A DNA stretch of 64,000 nucleotides from an uncultured Gammaproteobacteria bacterium (lineage in GTDB: Bacteria > Pseudomonadota > Gammaproteobacteria > Xanthomonadales > Rhodanobacteraceae): positions 59,566-123,565 of the forward strand of contig CAWICQ010000001.1 in NCBI GenBank assembly GCA_963834755.1. The letters run 5' to 3'. Positions 47,581 to 60,525 of the stretch are shown here, in pieces. Under the pieces are notes generated by a model. The model worked only from the letters and a program-made list of their open reading frames with translations. It did not search any database and was not told where the DNA came from. A program made the position numbers and the translations under genes. Numbering within the stretch: the stretch's first letter is position 1; each line of letters begins with the position of its first letter.

Positions 47581-48720
47581 TCATTCCTCGAATGCGGTTT
47601 CGAGCAGTCGGCGCACGGGAGCCGGCAGACCGAGCGCCGGCCATTCTTCGCGCGAAAACCAGCCGCGATCGCCGTCGTCGGCAACGCGCGGCGCGCGGGC
47701 GCCGGCCACCAGCAGTGGCGTAACGCGCAAATGATAGTGGCTGAAACTATGCACGAATCCGCCGAGCGCAAGCGCTGACTCGGCGTGCACGGCGTAGCGA
47801 TCGCGCAATACGTCGCGCGCCGATTCCGGGTCGGGCGTTTCCGGAAGACTCCAGAGCCGGGCCCAGATGCCGGTCGGCGGACGCCTTTCGAGCAGCACGC
47901 GGCGGTGTTCGTCGCGCACGATCAGCATGGTCGTCTCGCGTGTTGGTCGCGTGCGCAAAGGTTTCGGCGAAGGCAGCTCGGCCGTCGAACCTTCGCGAAA
48001 CGCGATGCAGTCGCTGCGCACCGGACAGGCGCGACACAACGGACGCGTGCGCACGCAAACCGTCGCGCCGAGATCCATGATCGCCTGCGTATAGTCGGCG
48101 ACGCGCTGTCCGGGCGTGTGCGATTCGGCGTGTTCCCACAATATCCGCTGCACAGAACTTGCGCCGGGCCAGCCGCGCACGCCGTGCCAGCGCGCGAGCA
48201 CGCGCTTGACGTTGCCGTCGAGAATCGCATGGCGAGCGTCGAAGGCCTGCGCGAGAATCGCACCGGCGGTCGAGCGCCCGATGCCGGGCAGCACCGCAAG
48301 CGACTCGAAATCGCGCGGAAGATCACCACCGTGCCGCTCGACACAGATCTGCGCAGCACGATGCAGGTGACGCGCGCGCGGGTAGTAACCAAGCCCGGAC
48401 CACAACGCGAGCACGCGATCCAGCGGCGCTTCGGCGAGTGCCGGGAGCGTCGGCAGCGCAGCGACGAAGCGCTCGAAGTACGCGATCACGGTGCGCACCT
48501 GCGTCTGCTGCAGCATGATTTCGCTGAGCCACACGCGATACGGCGTGCGCGGATGCTGCCACGGCAGATTCTTGCGTCCGTGCACGTCGAACCAGGTGAG
48601 CAGATCGCGCGCGAACGCGTCGGCCAAGGGCCGGGATTCAGGATTCGGGATCCGGGGTGCCGCAGCGCGATCGTTTACGCACATCCCGAATCTCCAATCC
48701 CGAATCCTGTCTCTTCCCAT
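47581..48720 (-). CDS. mutY: A/G-specific adenine glycosylase (start uncertain: 48720, 48684 or 48627)
   Basis: [42 protein letters not shown]...C..CP..C. Confidence 0.95.
   Translation of the reverse strand: MGRDRIRDWRFGMCVNDRAAAPRIPNPESRPLADAFARDLLTWFDVHGRKNLPWQHPRTPYRVWLSEIMLQQTQVRTVIAYFERFVAALPTLPALAEAPLDRVLALWSGLGYYPRARHLHRAAQICVERHGGDLPRDFESLAVLPGIGRSTAGAILAQAFDARHAILDGNVKRVLARWHGVRGWPGASSVQRILWEHAESHTPGQRVADYTQAIMDLGATVCVRTRPLCRACPVRSDCIAFREGSTAELPSPKPLRTRPTRETTMLIVRDEHRRVLLERRPPTGIWARLWSLPETPDPESARDVLRDRYAVHAESALALGGFVHSFSHYHLRVTPLLVAGARAPRVADDGDRGWFSREEWPALGLPAPVRRLLETAFEE
48633..48708. repeat. Inverted GGGATTC/GAATCCC heptamer arrays
   Basis: GGGATTC-AGGATTC-GGGATCC facing GAATCTC-CAATCCC-GAATCCT. 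Confidence 0.75.
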
Positions 48721-48721
48721 C

Positions 48722-49798
48722 TCAGCCGCCGATCGTCGCCGGCAACAAGCCGTCGACAAACGCCTGCGCGTCGAACACCCGCAGATCATTCGCACTTTCG
48801 CCAAGGCCGACGTAGCGAATCGGCAAACCGAACTCGCGCGCGAGCGCGAACACGATGCCGCCTTTTGCGGTGCCGTCGAGCTTGGTGACGGCGAGTCCGG
48901 TGACGCCGATCGCGTCGCGGAATTGTCGCGTCTGGCTGATCGCATTCTGGCCGGTCGTGCCGTCGATGACGAGCAGCACCTCGTGCGGCGCGTCGGCGTC
49001 GATCTTGTTGAGAACGCGGCGGATCTTCGAAAGCTCGTCCATCAGGCCGGATTGGGTGTGCAGTCGGCCCGCCGTGTCGGCGATCAGCACATCGGTGCCG
49101 CGCGAGCGCGCGGTCTGCAATGCGTCGAAGATGACGCTCGCCGCATCGGCGCCGGAACCTTGCGAAATCACCGGCACGCGATGGCGCTCGCCCCAGGTGC
49201 GAAGTTGTTCGACCGCGGCGGCGCGAAAGGTGTCGCCCGCGGCGAGCAAGACCGAGCGGCCTTCGGCCGTGTAGCGTCGCGCGAGTTTGCCGATGGTCGT
49301 CGTCTTGCCGACGCCGTTGACGCCGACCATCAGCAGCACGAATGGGCGTCGTCCGCCGACATCGAGCGGTTGCTCGACCGATTTCAGCCGCTCGACAAGC
49401 TCCGCGCGCAGCGCGGCGAGCAGCGCGTTCGCGTCGGCGAATTCACGGCGTGCGGTGCGCGCTCGAAGTCGCTCGACGAGCTCCGCAGCGGTCGCGACGC
49501 CGACGTCGGCGCTGATGAGGCACGTCTCGAGCTCGTCGAGCAACGCATCGTCGAGCACCGGATTGCGCGCGAACAAGGAGGACAATCCGCGTGCGAACCC
49601 GCTGCCGGAGAGACGCTCGCGCCACGAGCGTCTGGGTTCGCTCGCAGGCTCGATCTCGGTGGAAAGCGCCGCGCTTTCCTTTGCGACGATTGCGTCGGAG
49701 GGCGCGTCGTCGCCAGCGTCGACGCGCTCGTCCGGAGAGGGGGCCGGAGCCGTCGGCTGCGTTTCGTCGGCGGGTTTCTTTTTCCAGAACTTCAGCAT
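48722..49798 (-). CDS. ftsY: SRP receptor FtsY
   Basis: GVNGVGKTTT, DTFRAAA, DTAGR, TKLDGTAKGG. Confidence 0.96.
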   Translation of the reverse strand: MLKFWKKKPADETQPTAPAPSPDERVDAGDDAPSDAIVAKESAALSTEIEPASEPRRSWRERLSGSGFARGLSSLFARNPVLDDALLDELETCLISADVGVATAAELVERLRARTARREFADANALLAALRAELVERLKSVEQPLDVGGRRPFVLLMVGVNGVGKTTTIGKLARRYTAEGRSVLLAAGDTFRAAAVEQLRTWGERHRVPVISQGSGADAASVIFDALQTARSRGTDVLIADTAGRLHTQSGLMDELSKIRRVLNKIDADAPHEVLLVIDGTTGQNAISQTRQFRDAIGVTGLAVTKLDGTAKGGIVFALAREFGLPIRYVGLGESANDLRVFDAQAFVDGLLPATIGG

Positions 49799-49969
49799 TG
49801 CGAGACGGTATCGGTGAAAATGCGGGGCCAACATGCTAACACTCGGCTCTGCGGTACCCGACACGATGGCAATGCCGCTCGACCGGGACACCGACCGTTG
49901 CCGGCGCGCGAGAGGAACAAAATGAACAACAGCATCCTTCGCGTTCGCCGAATGAGCACGCGGTGATTC

Positions 49970-50557
49970 ATGCATCGCGATAACTCGGGAGCTCCCGGAA
50001 AACTGCGCATCGTCGCCGGCAGCCTGCGCGGATCGCGTCTTGCGGTGCCGGACAAGGCCGGGCTGCGACCGACGCCGGATCGCGTGCGCGAAACGCTGTT
50101 CAACTGGCTCGCGCCGGTCGTCGAGGGTGCGCGTTGTCTCGATCTTTATGCAGGCACGGGCGCGCTCGGTATCGAAGCGATTTCGCGCGGCGCGAGCGGG
50201 TGCACGTTCGTCGAAAGCGATCGCATGCTCGCGCGTCTCCTCGCGGAGAATCTGGCGCGACTCAAGATCGACACCGCGCGCGTCCTCGAAACCGACGCCC
50301 TGAACATGCTAAGCCGCGCTGCGGAACCTTTCGACATCGCGTTTCTCGACCCGCCGTTTGGCGCGAATCTCTGGAACGAGTCGGCGCGTCTGCTCGAAAG
50401 CCGCGGCTGGCTGGCGGCGAACGCCTGGCTCTATGTCGAATCGCCCAGAGACGCCGCGATCACGCTGCCGCCGTCGCTGCTGCTGCACCGCGAGGGCCAC
50501 GCGGGCGCTGTTCGCTACGCGCTGTATCGTCGCGCGCCGGCCGATCCGCTAAGCTAG
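49970..50557 (+). CDS. rsmD: 16S rRNA m2G966 methyltransferase
   Basis: LRIVAG, RPTPDRVRETLFNWL, DLYAGTGALG, DPPF. Confidence 0.95.
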   Translation: MHRDNSGAPGKLRIVAGSLRGSRLAVPDKAGLRPTPDRVRETLFNWLAPVVEGARCLDLYAGTGALGIEAISRGASGCTFVESDRMLARLLAENLARLKIDTARVLETDALNMLSRAAEPFDIAFLDPPFGANLWNESARLLESRGWLAANAWLYVESPRDAAITLPPSLLLHREGHAGAVRYALYRRAPADPLS

Positions 50558-51103
<546 letters not shown>

Positions 51104-51117
51104 GGGGCAGCAAGACC

Positions 51118-51624
51118 ATGCGCAAGATTCCCGCCATCATCTTTTCCGCGTGCGCCGCGACCTTCGCGCTCACCGCATGCAATCAGCAGGAAACGCCGAA
51201 AAATCAGGCGGACGTGAAGCCGCAAGTCGCGCCGGTGCCGACCAGTCCCACTGACAAGACGGCCTGGAAGCAGTATCTGGTCAGCGTGGTCACCGCCAAC
51301 ATGCAGGGCGTCAAGACCAATCATCCATATATGTACTTTGTGCCAGCCGGCGATGACGACACCGCCAAGAGCGATCGTCAGAATCAGCTCGACAACGTCA
51401 AGAACGTCGTCGCCCGCGGCGTGCTGCCGGGCAACATGATGGCGTTCGGCGGCCCGGATTCGAAGACGACCTCCGATCTCCTCGTGCAGGCGTTCAAGGA
51501 CGCGCAGGCCGGCGCGTTCAAGGATGTCGTCGTCTTGTTCATCGGCGCGCCGGGCGATCTCGATGCGGTGAAGCAGGCGCTGGCATCCTCGGGAGCGGAG
51601 GTGCGGTTCGTCGAGGCGAAGTAG
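51118..51624 (+). CDS. Conserved lipoprotein
   Basis: LTAC lipobox and host-like codon usage. Confidence 0.8.
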   Translation: MRKIPAIIFSACAATFALTACNQQETPKNQADVKPQVAPVPTSPTDKTAWKQYLVSVVTANMQGVKTNHPYMYFVPAGDDDTAKSDRQNQLDNVKNVVARGVLPGNMMAFGGPDSKTTSDLLVQAFKDAQAGAFKDVVVLFIGAPGDLDAVKQALASSGAEVRFVEAK

Positions 51625-51723
51625 TTTTTTGTCGGTTGTTCATTTTGTCGCGGCGCGCGTTGGGCTCGTCGTCCTGGCGTAGGTTGGGATTCGGTGTTTT
51701 TGGCTTTTGCTTCTTTGGTCTGC

Positions 51724-51996
51724 GGCGCTTGGCGAATACCGGCTCACGTCCGTGTGTGTTTCCGTCCGCCATCCTGGCGGACGGGTCACTTCTCTTTGCT
51801 TGCCCAAAGAGAAGTAACCAAGAGAAAGGGCACCCACACGGCCGCGGTCGCCGGGCATCGTGCCCGGCGACTCCGCGAGGGCGCTCCGGAGGTTCGCTGA
51901 CGGCACGTCCATGTGCCGACAGCGAACGCGCGCGCATCGTGCGCGCGCCCCTTCGGGCTTTTCCCTACGCGCCCTCGCCGCGGCCGAGAGGGACCC
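51724..51996 (+). repeat. Structured ~275-bp repeat, copy 1
   Basis: Multiple hairpins including CACTTCTCTTTGCTTGCCCAAAGAGAAGTAAC; homologous to the reverse complement of 52084-52361. Confidence 0.8.
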
Positions 51997-52083
51997 GGTA
52001 GAAGCAGAGCGCGGCCGTCCTGCCCGCAGAAGCAAGAGTAGAAGCGACGTGCAGATCTCTGCTCTGGCCTCGCACTTGACCTT

Positions 52084-54453
<2,370 letters not shown>

Positions 54454-54464
54454 CAGGAAAAGCC

Positions 54465-54655
54465 GGGATTCGGCATTCGGGATTGGGGATTCGAGACTTG
54501 GCGCTTCGTGGGCACTTCGTGCTGCGGCACGATTCTCTACCGTCCCCCCTTACCGCGGTGCGTGCTCGCCTCGGCCAGCTTCGCGTTCGCTCGCCGGGCG
54601 GTCAACCTTGTAAGCTTCTTTGCGCAATCCCCAATTCCAATCCCGAATCCCGAAT
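54465..54655. repeat. Inverted GGGATTC/GAATCCC heptamer arrays around a ~130-bp spacer
   Basis: Four forward heptamers at 54465-54492 and about four reverse heptamers at 54625-54655. Confidence 0.8.
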
Positions 54656-55526
54656 GAAGCTCTGGTCCATCATCGGCAACTCGCAGCGCCTCGACGGCGG
54701 CGCGATGTTCGGCAACGCGCCGCGCGCGATGTGGGAGAAGTGGATTGCGCCGGACAGCGAGAACCGCATTCCGCTCGCCTGCCGCTGTCTGCTGGTCGAA
54801 GGGCTGAACGGACGCAACGTGCTGTTCGAGACCGGCATCGGCGCATTCTTCGAGCCGCGTTTGCGCGAGCGGTACGGCGTCGTCGAACAGCACCATGTTC
54901 TTCTGGATTCGCTCAAACGCGCGGGGTTTTCCCATGAGGACATCGGCGCGGTCGTGCTTTCGCACCTGCATTTCGATCATGCCGGAGGCCTGCTTGCCGC
55001 CTGGGAAGAGGGCAAACCCGCGCGGCTCCTGTTTCCGAACGCGACTTACGTCGTCGGCGAGGAGTGCTGGCAGCGTGCGCTGAATCCGCATCCGCGCGAT
55101 CGCGCGTCGTTCATTACCGAATTGCAGCCGTTGCTCGAAGCGTCGGGGCGTCTCGAACGCGTGCAAGGCGCGCGTTCGCCGACGCTCGGCATGCAGGTTC
55201 GTTTCGGCTATTCGAGCGGGCATACGCCCGGACTCATGCTCGCCGAGATCGCGCCGGTCGAAGGCGGCACGAACGGGGTCGTGTTCTGCGCGGATCTCAT
55301 TCCGGGTCGGCCTTGGGTACACTTGCCGGTGACGATGGGCTACGACCGCAATCCCGAGCTCCTGATCGACGAGAAAAAAGCGTTCCTCGAAGACAAGCTC
55401 GCGCGCGACGTGCGCCTGTTCTTCACCCACGATGTCGGCTGTGCGATCGCGCGCGTCACACGCGATGCGAAAGGCCGTTTCTCGACCGCCGACGAGCATG
55501 CCGAGCTGATCGGCGAAGCCGCCTGA
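54654..55526 (+). CDS. MBL-fold metallo-hydrolase (YtnP-like)
   Basis: [29 protein letters not shown]. Confidence 0.9.
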   Translation: MKLWSIIGNSQRLDGGAMFGNAPRAMWEKWIAPDSENRIPLACRCLLVEGLNGRNVLFETGIGAFFEPRLRERYGVVEQHHVLLDSLKRAGFSHEDIGAVVLSHLHFDHAGGLLAAWEEGKPARLLFPNATYVVGEECWQRALNPHPRDRASFITELQPLLEASGRLERVQGARSPTLGMQVRFGYSSGHTPGLMLAEIAPVEGGTNGVVFCADLIPGRPWVHLPVTMGYDRNPELLIDEKKAFLEDKLARDVRLFFTHDVGCAIARVTRDAKGRFSTADEHAELIGEAA

Positions 55527-55534
55527 AGACGCGC

Positions 55535-56284
55535 ATGGCCAAGAAAACCAACCGAACCCCAATCGTCATTCTCGTTCTTGTTCTCGGCGCCGCCGCCGCC
55601 GTCGCGTATCTATGGATGTACAGACATCGACCTTCCGGTGCGGAGCCGGAGGCGAACAAGCCGGCGGCCGCGCCGGGTGCACCGATCGCGGTCCACGCAG
55701 ACAAGATCGACCCCGCCGACGAGGATCGACTCATCGAGTTGACCGGCGAACTCAAAGTGCTGACGCCCTCGCGCGATACGCAGCTCGGTATCGAGGCGGA
55801 CGCGGTCATGCTGATGCGCTACGCCGACATGCTGCAATGGCGGGAACAATGCAGCGGCACGAGTTGCACGTATCAGCAGACCTGGTCGCCGCAGCTTCTC
55901 AACTCGAAGAAATTCCGCGAGCAGCAAGGGCATCAGAACCCGACGCGCATGCCGGTGACGACCGCGCGTTATCCTTCGGCGGAAGTTCGCGTCGGCGCGT
56001 TCCGAGTGAACGCCGCGCTGTTCGGCAATTCGCAGCCGGGCGCTGGGCTTCCGATCAAGCCGGTGCCATATCCGGTCACGAGCGCGAAGCTTCCGTCGAA
56101 CCTCGCGATCAGCTTTCGCGACCGCAACGGGATACTGTACGCGGGCGATCCCGATCATCCCGCCATCGGCGACGTGCGCGTGATCTATCGCATCATTCCG
56201 GCGGAAAAAGTCCAGATCATCGGTACGCAGCACGGCGATGGCGTGGTCGTGAAATCGGTGAAGTCGATCGGGCCTTCGTCCTGA
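55535..56284 (+). CDS. TMEM43/DUF1625-like single-anchor membrane protein
   Basis: N-terminal TM; ELTGEL...D...GI....L.R...M.QW.E...Y...W...NS..F....H.NP; DP.HPAIGDVRV.Y. Confidence 0.65.
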   Translation: MAKKTNRTPIVILVLVLGAAAAVAYLWMYRHRPSGAEPEANKPAAAPGAPIAVHADKIDPADEDRLIELTGELKVLTPSRDTQLGIEADAVMLMRYADMLQWREQCSGTSCTYQQTWSPQLLNSKKFREQQGHQNPTRMPVTTARYPSAEVRVGAFRVNAALFGNSQPGAGLPIKPVPYPVTSAKLPSNLAISFRDRNGILYAGDPDHPAIGDVRVIYRIIPAEKVQIIGTQHGDGVVVKSVKSIGPSS

Positions 56285-56300
56285 CAACAGGAGCGGATTC

Positions 56301-56699
56301 ATGCGCATCACGGGCATTTACGCGGCACTTGCTGCACTGCTGATCGTGATCCTCGCGGTGCGCGTCACCTTGCGCAGGCGAGCGATCAAGGTCGGCATCG
56401 GCAACGGCGGCGATGCAATCCTCGCGCGACGCATCCGCGCGCACGCGAACGCAGCGGAATACGTTCCGCTGGCGCTGATGCTGCTGTTGATCCTCGAACT
56501 CAACCAGACGCAGCCGCTGCTGCTGCACGTATTCGGCTGCGTGCTGATCGCGGGACGCCTGCTGCACGGATTTGGGCTCTCGACTTCGCCTGCGGTCACG
56601 CCCGGTCGCGCGATCGGCATCACGCTGACTTGGCTCGTGATCGCCGCGATGGCGTTGCTGCTGCTCTGGCAGGCGCTCGCGATGTGGGTTCTGACTTGA
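56301..56699 (+). CDS. MAPEG-family membrane protein
   Basis: RAHANAAEYVP, GRLLH. Confidence 0.9.
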   Translation: MRITGIYAALAALLIVILAVRVTLRRRAIKVGIGNGGDAILARRIRAHANAAEYVPLALMLLLILELNQTQPLLLHVFGCVLIAGRLLHGFGLSTSPAVTPGRAIGITLTWLVIAAMALLLLWQALAMWVLT

Positions 56700-57257
56700 T
56701 CAACGCGGATTCTTTTTCGCGTCCTTGAACAACGTCTCGCCGTGTTCCAGGAAGTAGAGACCGGCGAACATCTTCGGATCGACCGAATAGCCCTCGCGGA
56801 TCTTCTGCAACAGCCAGCGCGGCGCCTCTTCGCGCGGCACTTCGTGCACGACGATGTCCTCGGTCTCGTCACCGCCGCCCTCGTGCACGCGAACCAGATC
56901 GTATGCACGCACGAAGGCCATGATCTCGTTGCTCATGCCGGACGATGACGGTCCGGCCATCAGGAATTCGATGCGCCCGGCTTCGTAGCCGGTCTCCTCG
57001 AGGAGCTCGCGTCGCGCCGCTTCGACGGCGTGCTCATCCGCACTGTGGGCGAGATCGCCGACCAGGCCGGCCGGCATCTCGATGGTCTTTTTTTCGATCG
57101 CGGCGCGATATTGCTCGACCAGCAGCACGCGGTCCTCCGGGGTGACGGCGACGATGATCACGCCACCGCCCGCATTCACGCGTTCGGCAAATTCCCAGCG
57201 CCCGCGTCGTTTGAGGCGCAGCCAGCGGCCGTTGCAAAGCGTTTCGGTTTCGGTCAT
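56700..57257 (-). CDS. NUDIX hydrolase
   Basis: Nudix box PAGLVGD...AARRELLEETGY; EQYR. Confidence 0.92.
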   Translation of the reverse strand: MTETETLCNGRWLRLKRRGRWEFAERVNAGGGVIIVAVTPEDRVLLVEQYRAAIEKKTIEMPAGLVGDLAHSADEHAVEAARRELLEETGYEAGRIEFLMAGPSSSGMSNEIMAFVRAYDLVRVHEGGGDETEDIVVHEVPREEAPRWLLQKIREGYSVDPKMFAGLYFLEHGETLFKDAKKNPR

Positions 57258-57423
57258 CGTGAGCGGCTGTCCCAGCCCTTTTTTCGTGGGTAATTTATCG
57301 ATCCGGCCTGTGTTGCGGCCGGCGAACATCATGCGGTCCTTGCCGCCGCGGCCCAGCCGCCGTCCCGGCGTGCCCGACCGAAGCCGACAAGCATCCTCCC
57401 GACAAGCATCCTAGGTAAGCCCG

Positions 57424-58920
57424 ATGAAGATCAAGAGAATCCTCTGCTGCGCCGCGTTCGCCATCGTCGCCGCGTTCGCGCAAGCACAAACGCTGCCGCG
57501 TGGCGCGGCACGCGGCCCCGATCCGCGTTCGCTCAGCCAAGCGCAGATCGAGCAGATGCAGGTGCCGTCGGCGCTGTACCGGCTCGCCGCGACCTACAAG
57601 CAAAGCGGCGATCTCGATCGTCTGGTGTGGTCGCTGACGCGGCTCGTCGAGCTGATGCCGAACAGCGGCGAGCTGAGGCTGGCACTGGCCAGCGTCTATG
57701 CCCAAAAAGGCGATGCATCGAAGACCTACGGAGTGCTGCTGCAGATGCAGAAGCAGGGTTTCGGTTACGACCTTGCCGATAACGCCGCCTTCGCAAAGGT
57801 CAAGAACACGCATCTCTGGGATTTTCTCCTCAGTAGCCTCAAGACGAACATGAAGATGTTCGGCGAAGGCAAGGTCGCGTTCACGCTGCCGAAGGGCGAC
57901 TACATGTTCGAGTCGCTCGCGTTCGACCCGGCGCGCAAGCAGTTTCTCGTCGGCAGCGTGCGCGAAGGCAAGATCTATCGCGTCGGCAAGGACGGCAAGC
58001 TCGAGGACTTCGTCGCACCGGGTGCCGGCAACGGTCTCTGGAGCGTCTACGCGATGGCGGCCGATCCGGCCAACGACACGCTGTACGTCGCAAGCACCTC
58101 GTCGGTCTACTTCAAGAATTTCAGCCAGAACGACTACGGCAAGGCCGGCGTGTTCAAATTCAAGCTTTCGACCGGCAAATTGCTCAACAAGTATCTCCTC
58201 GCACCCGACAGCGCGCCGCACACGCTATCCAGCATCGCGATCGGCAAGCACGGCGAGGTGTTTGCCGCGGATGGACTGCGCAACATCATTTACCGGCTCG
58301 ACGATGGTGCGTTGAAGCCGATGCTCGAGAATCCGAGGTTGACGAGCATCCGTGGCCTGGCAGTCAGCGAAGACGGCAAGCGCCTTTATTTCGCTGACTA
58401 TTCGCTGGGTGTATTCGGCGTCGACCTCGCAGCCGGAAAGGCGTTCGATCTCGGCTACGCCGGCGACAAGCTCGTGCTCGGTGGCATCGACGGCCTTTAT
58501 TGCTACGACGGCACATTGGTGGTGATCGAAAACGGCATGTCGCCCAGGCGCGTCATGCGGCTCCAGCTCGGCAAGGACGGCCACTCGATCGAGCGCGCGA
58601 TGCCGCTCGATGTCGCCAACCCGGCGTTCGGATTGCCGACTTACGGCGCCATCGACGGCGACGGACTCTACTTCGTCGCCAACAGCCAGAAGAACGAATA
58701 CGACACCTTCGGCGTGCCGAAAGATCTGGCGAAACTGGAAGCAGTGCGCGTGTTCCGCAGCAATCTGCGTTTCGCCTGGAGCGAAGGCGGCATCGACACG
58801 CGCGTCGGTGGCAAGCCGACACCGGCCGCCGCCGCGCCGCACACCGGCGTGTTCGACAACGTCGAAGGCGGCGTGCAATCGACGCAACCGGCCGAGAGCG
58901 CGAAGTCTTCAGGCGGCTGA
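57424..58920 (+). CDS. Secreted protein with a TPR-like N-terminus and an SMP-30/gluconolactonase-like beta-propeller
   Basis: Signal peptide; helical repeat (P.SGELRLALASVYA); ESLAFDP, GLAVSEDG, GIDGL blade motifs. Confidence 0.65.
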   Translation: MKIKRILCCAAFAIVAAFAQAQTLPRGAARGPDPRSLSQAQIEQMQVPSALYRLAATYKQSGDLDRLVWSLTRLVELMPNSGELRLALASVYAQKGDASKTYGVLLQMQKQGFGYDLADNAAFAKVKNTHLWDFLLSSLKTNMKMFGEGKVAFTLPKGDYMFESLAFDPARKQFLVGSVREGKIYRVGKDGKLEDFVAPGAGNGLWSVYAMAADPANDTLYVASTSSVYFKNFSQNDYGKAGVFKFKLSTGKLLNKYLLAPDSAPHTLSSIAIGKHGEVFAADGLRNIIYRLDDGALKPMLENPRLTSIRGLAVSEDGKRLYFADYSLGVFGVDLAAGKAFDLGYAGDKLVLGGIDGLYCYDGTLVVIENGMSPRRVMRLQLGKDGHSIERAMPLDVANPAFGLPTYGAIDGDGLYFVANSQKNEYDTFGVPKDLAKLEAVRVFRSNLRFAWSEGGIDTRVGGKPTPAAAAPHTGVFDNVEGGVQSTQPAESAKSSGG

Positions 58921-59823
58921 GGCGGGCGTGTCGGCCGGGTTTGCGATCGCGCGCACGCGCGCTCGCGTCAGCGGACCGAGTTTGAGGCGATCGAACAGCG
59001 CTTCGATAGCTGTCGAATCCATCGCACGCCGCGTATACGCCTCGGCCCCAAGCGGCACCGGCGCATCGAGCGCGATCACGCTGAGCAATCGCGAAAGGCG
59101 CGCGCTTTCCGCGTGCTCGCGCAGTCGCATCGAAGCGGCCGCGGCGCCGCGAGTGCGCAGGAAGGCGACCTCTTCGGCGCGTTCGAGCAATGCATCCAGC
59201 GTGCCGAAATGGTGCAGAAGGATCGCCGCGGTCTTCGGCCCGATGCCGGGCACGCCGGGAATGTTGTCGACGCTGTCGCCGGTCAGCGCGAGGTAATCCG
59301 CGACCTGATCCGGACGCACGCCGAGACGCGCCTTCACACCGTGCGCGTCCCAACGCTGGTTGCGTTGCGGATCCCATTGCTCGTCGTCGGCACCAATCAG
59401 CTGACCGAAGTCCTTGTCGGCGGAAACGATCACGCCGCGGAATCCATCCATGCGCAATGCCATCAGCGCGCTGCCGATGAGATCATCGGCTTCGTACTTC
59501 CCATCCGCCAGCACCACCACGCCGAGCGCCGCGGTGACTTCCTTGCACAGAGCGAACTGATGCATCAACTCGGGCGGCGCTGGCTCGCGATGCGCCTTGT
59601 ACGCGGGATAGATCGCGTTGCGGAACGACGTCGTCAGCGATTCGTCGAAAGCAACCGCGATGTGCGTCGGCCGCGTGCGTTCGAGAAGATCGAGCAGAAA
59701 GCGCGTGAAGCCGTGCACGGCGACCACCGACGCGCCATCGGCGCCGGCGATGTCCGGCATCGGCGCGAAATACGCGCGGCAGATGTAGAGGCTGGCGTCG
59801 ACGAGGTGCGCGGTGGGTGTCAT
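58909..59823 (-). CDS. Stand-alone 5'-3' exonuclease / flap endonuclease
   Basis: LVDAS, FD...FRN.IYPAYKAHR, YEADD, SADKDF, GDSVDNIPGVPGIGPKTA. Confidence 0.92.
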   Translation of the reverse strand: MTPTAHLVDASLYICRAYFAPMPDIAGADGASVVAVHGFTRFLLDLLERTRPTHIAVAFDESLTTSFRNAIYPAYKAHREPAPPELMHQFALCKEVTAALGVVVLADGKYEADDLIGSALMALRMDGFRGVIVSADKDFGQLIGADDEQWDPQRNQRWDAHGVKARLGVRPDQVADYLALTGDSVDNIPGVPGIGPKTAAILLHHFGTLDALLERAEEVAFLRTRGAAAASMRLREHAESARLSRLLSVIALDAPVPLGAEAYTRRAMDSTAIEALFDRLKLGPLTRARVRAIANPADTPASAA

Positions 59824-60386
59824 CGATGCCACTCGCTCAACACGCTTTCGAGCGCCGGACGCGTGCGCTCGGGCGCCGCTTCGCGCGCGGTGCCGATGTG
59901 AACGAAGCCGACCACGCGTTCGTCGTCGGCAAGACCGAGCAACGCAGCGGCTTCACGATCGTAGGCCGGCCAGCCGGTCAGCCATTGCGCGCCGAAACCG
60001 AGTGCCTGTGCGCCAAGCAGCAGGTTGTAGGCGACGCAACCCGACGACAGCAACTGCTCCTGCGCCGGAATTTTCGGATGATCCGGCGCGATGCGCGCGA
60101 TGACGGCGACGATCAGCGGCGCGAAATTGAAACGCGAGCGATCCTTCTCGATCACCGCCGGCGGCACGTCCGGCTCGTTGCGCAGATGAATCTCGGCGAG
60201 CGCCGAGCCAAGTTTCGCGCGCGCGTCGCCACGGATCAGCAGAAGACGCCACGGAGTGAGCTTGCCGTGATCCGGCACGCGAATCGCCGCGCGCAGCAGT
60301 TCCTGCAGCTGCGCACGATCGGGACCGGGCTCGCCGAGCTGGCGCGACGGCACCGAGCGGCGCTGATTGAGAACGTCGAGGGACAT
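59820..60386 (-). CDS. Nitroreductase family (YdjA-like)
   Basis: RRSV, RVPDHGKLTPWR, WLTGW, VGFVHIGT. Confidence 0.92.
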   Translation of the reverse strand: MSLDVLNQRRSVPSRQLGEPGPDRAQLQELLRAAIRVPDHGKLTPWRLLLIRGDARAKLGSALAEIHLRNEPDVPPAVIEKDRSRFNFAPLIVAVIARIAPDHPKIPAQEQLLSSGCVAYNLLLGAQALGFGAQWLTGWPAYDREAAALLGLADDERVVGFVHIGTAREAAPERTRPALESVLSEWHR

Positions 60387-60525
60387 GCGTCGGGGAAAGT
60401 GGAGACTCGCCCGCGAGTTTACCAGCCGCCCGCCGGCGAACGCGGCCGATTCGCTGCAGTGCGGCTTACCGTATCCGCACGGTTCCGCTAGGATTGCCGG
60501 CATTCGAGTGATTCCTGGAGGCGAC

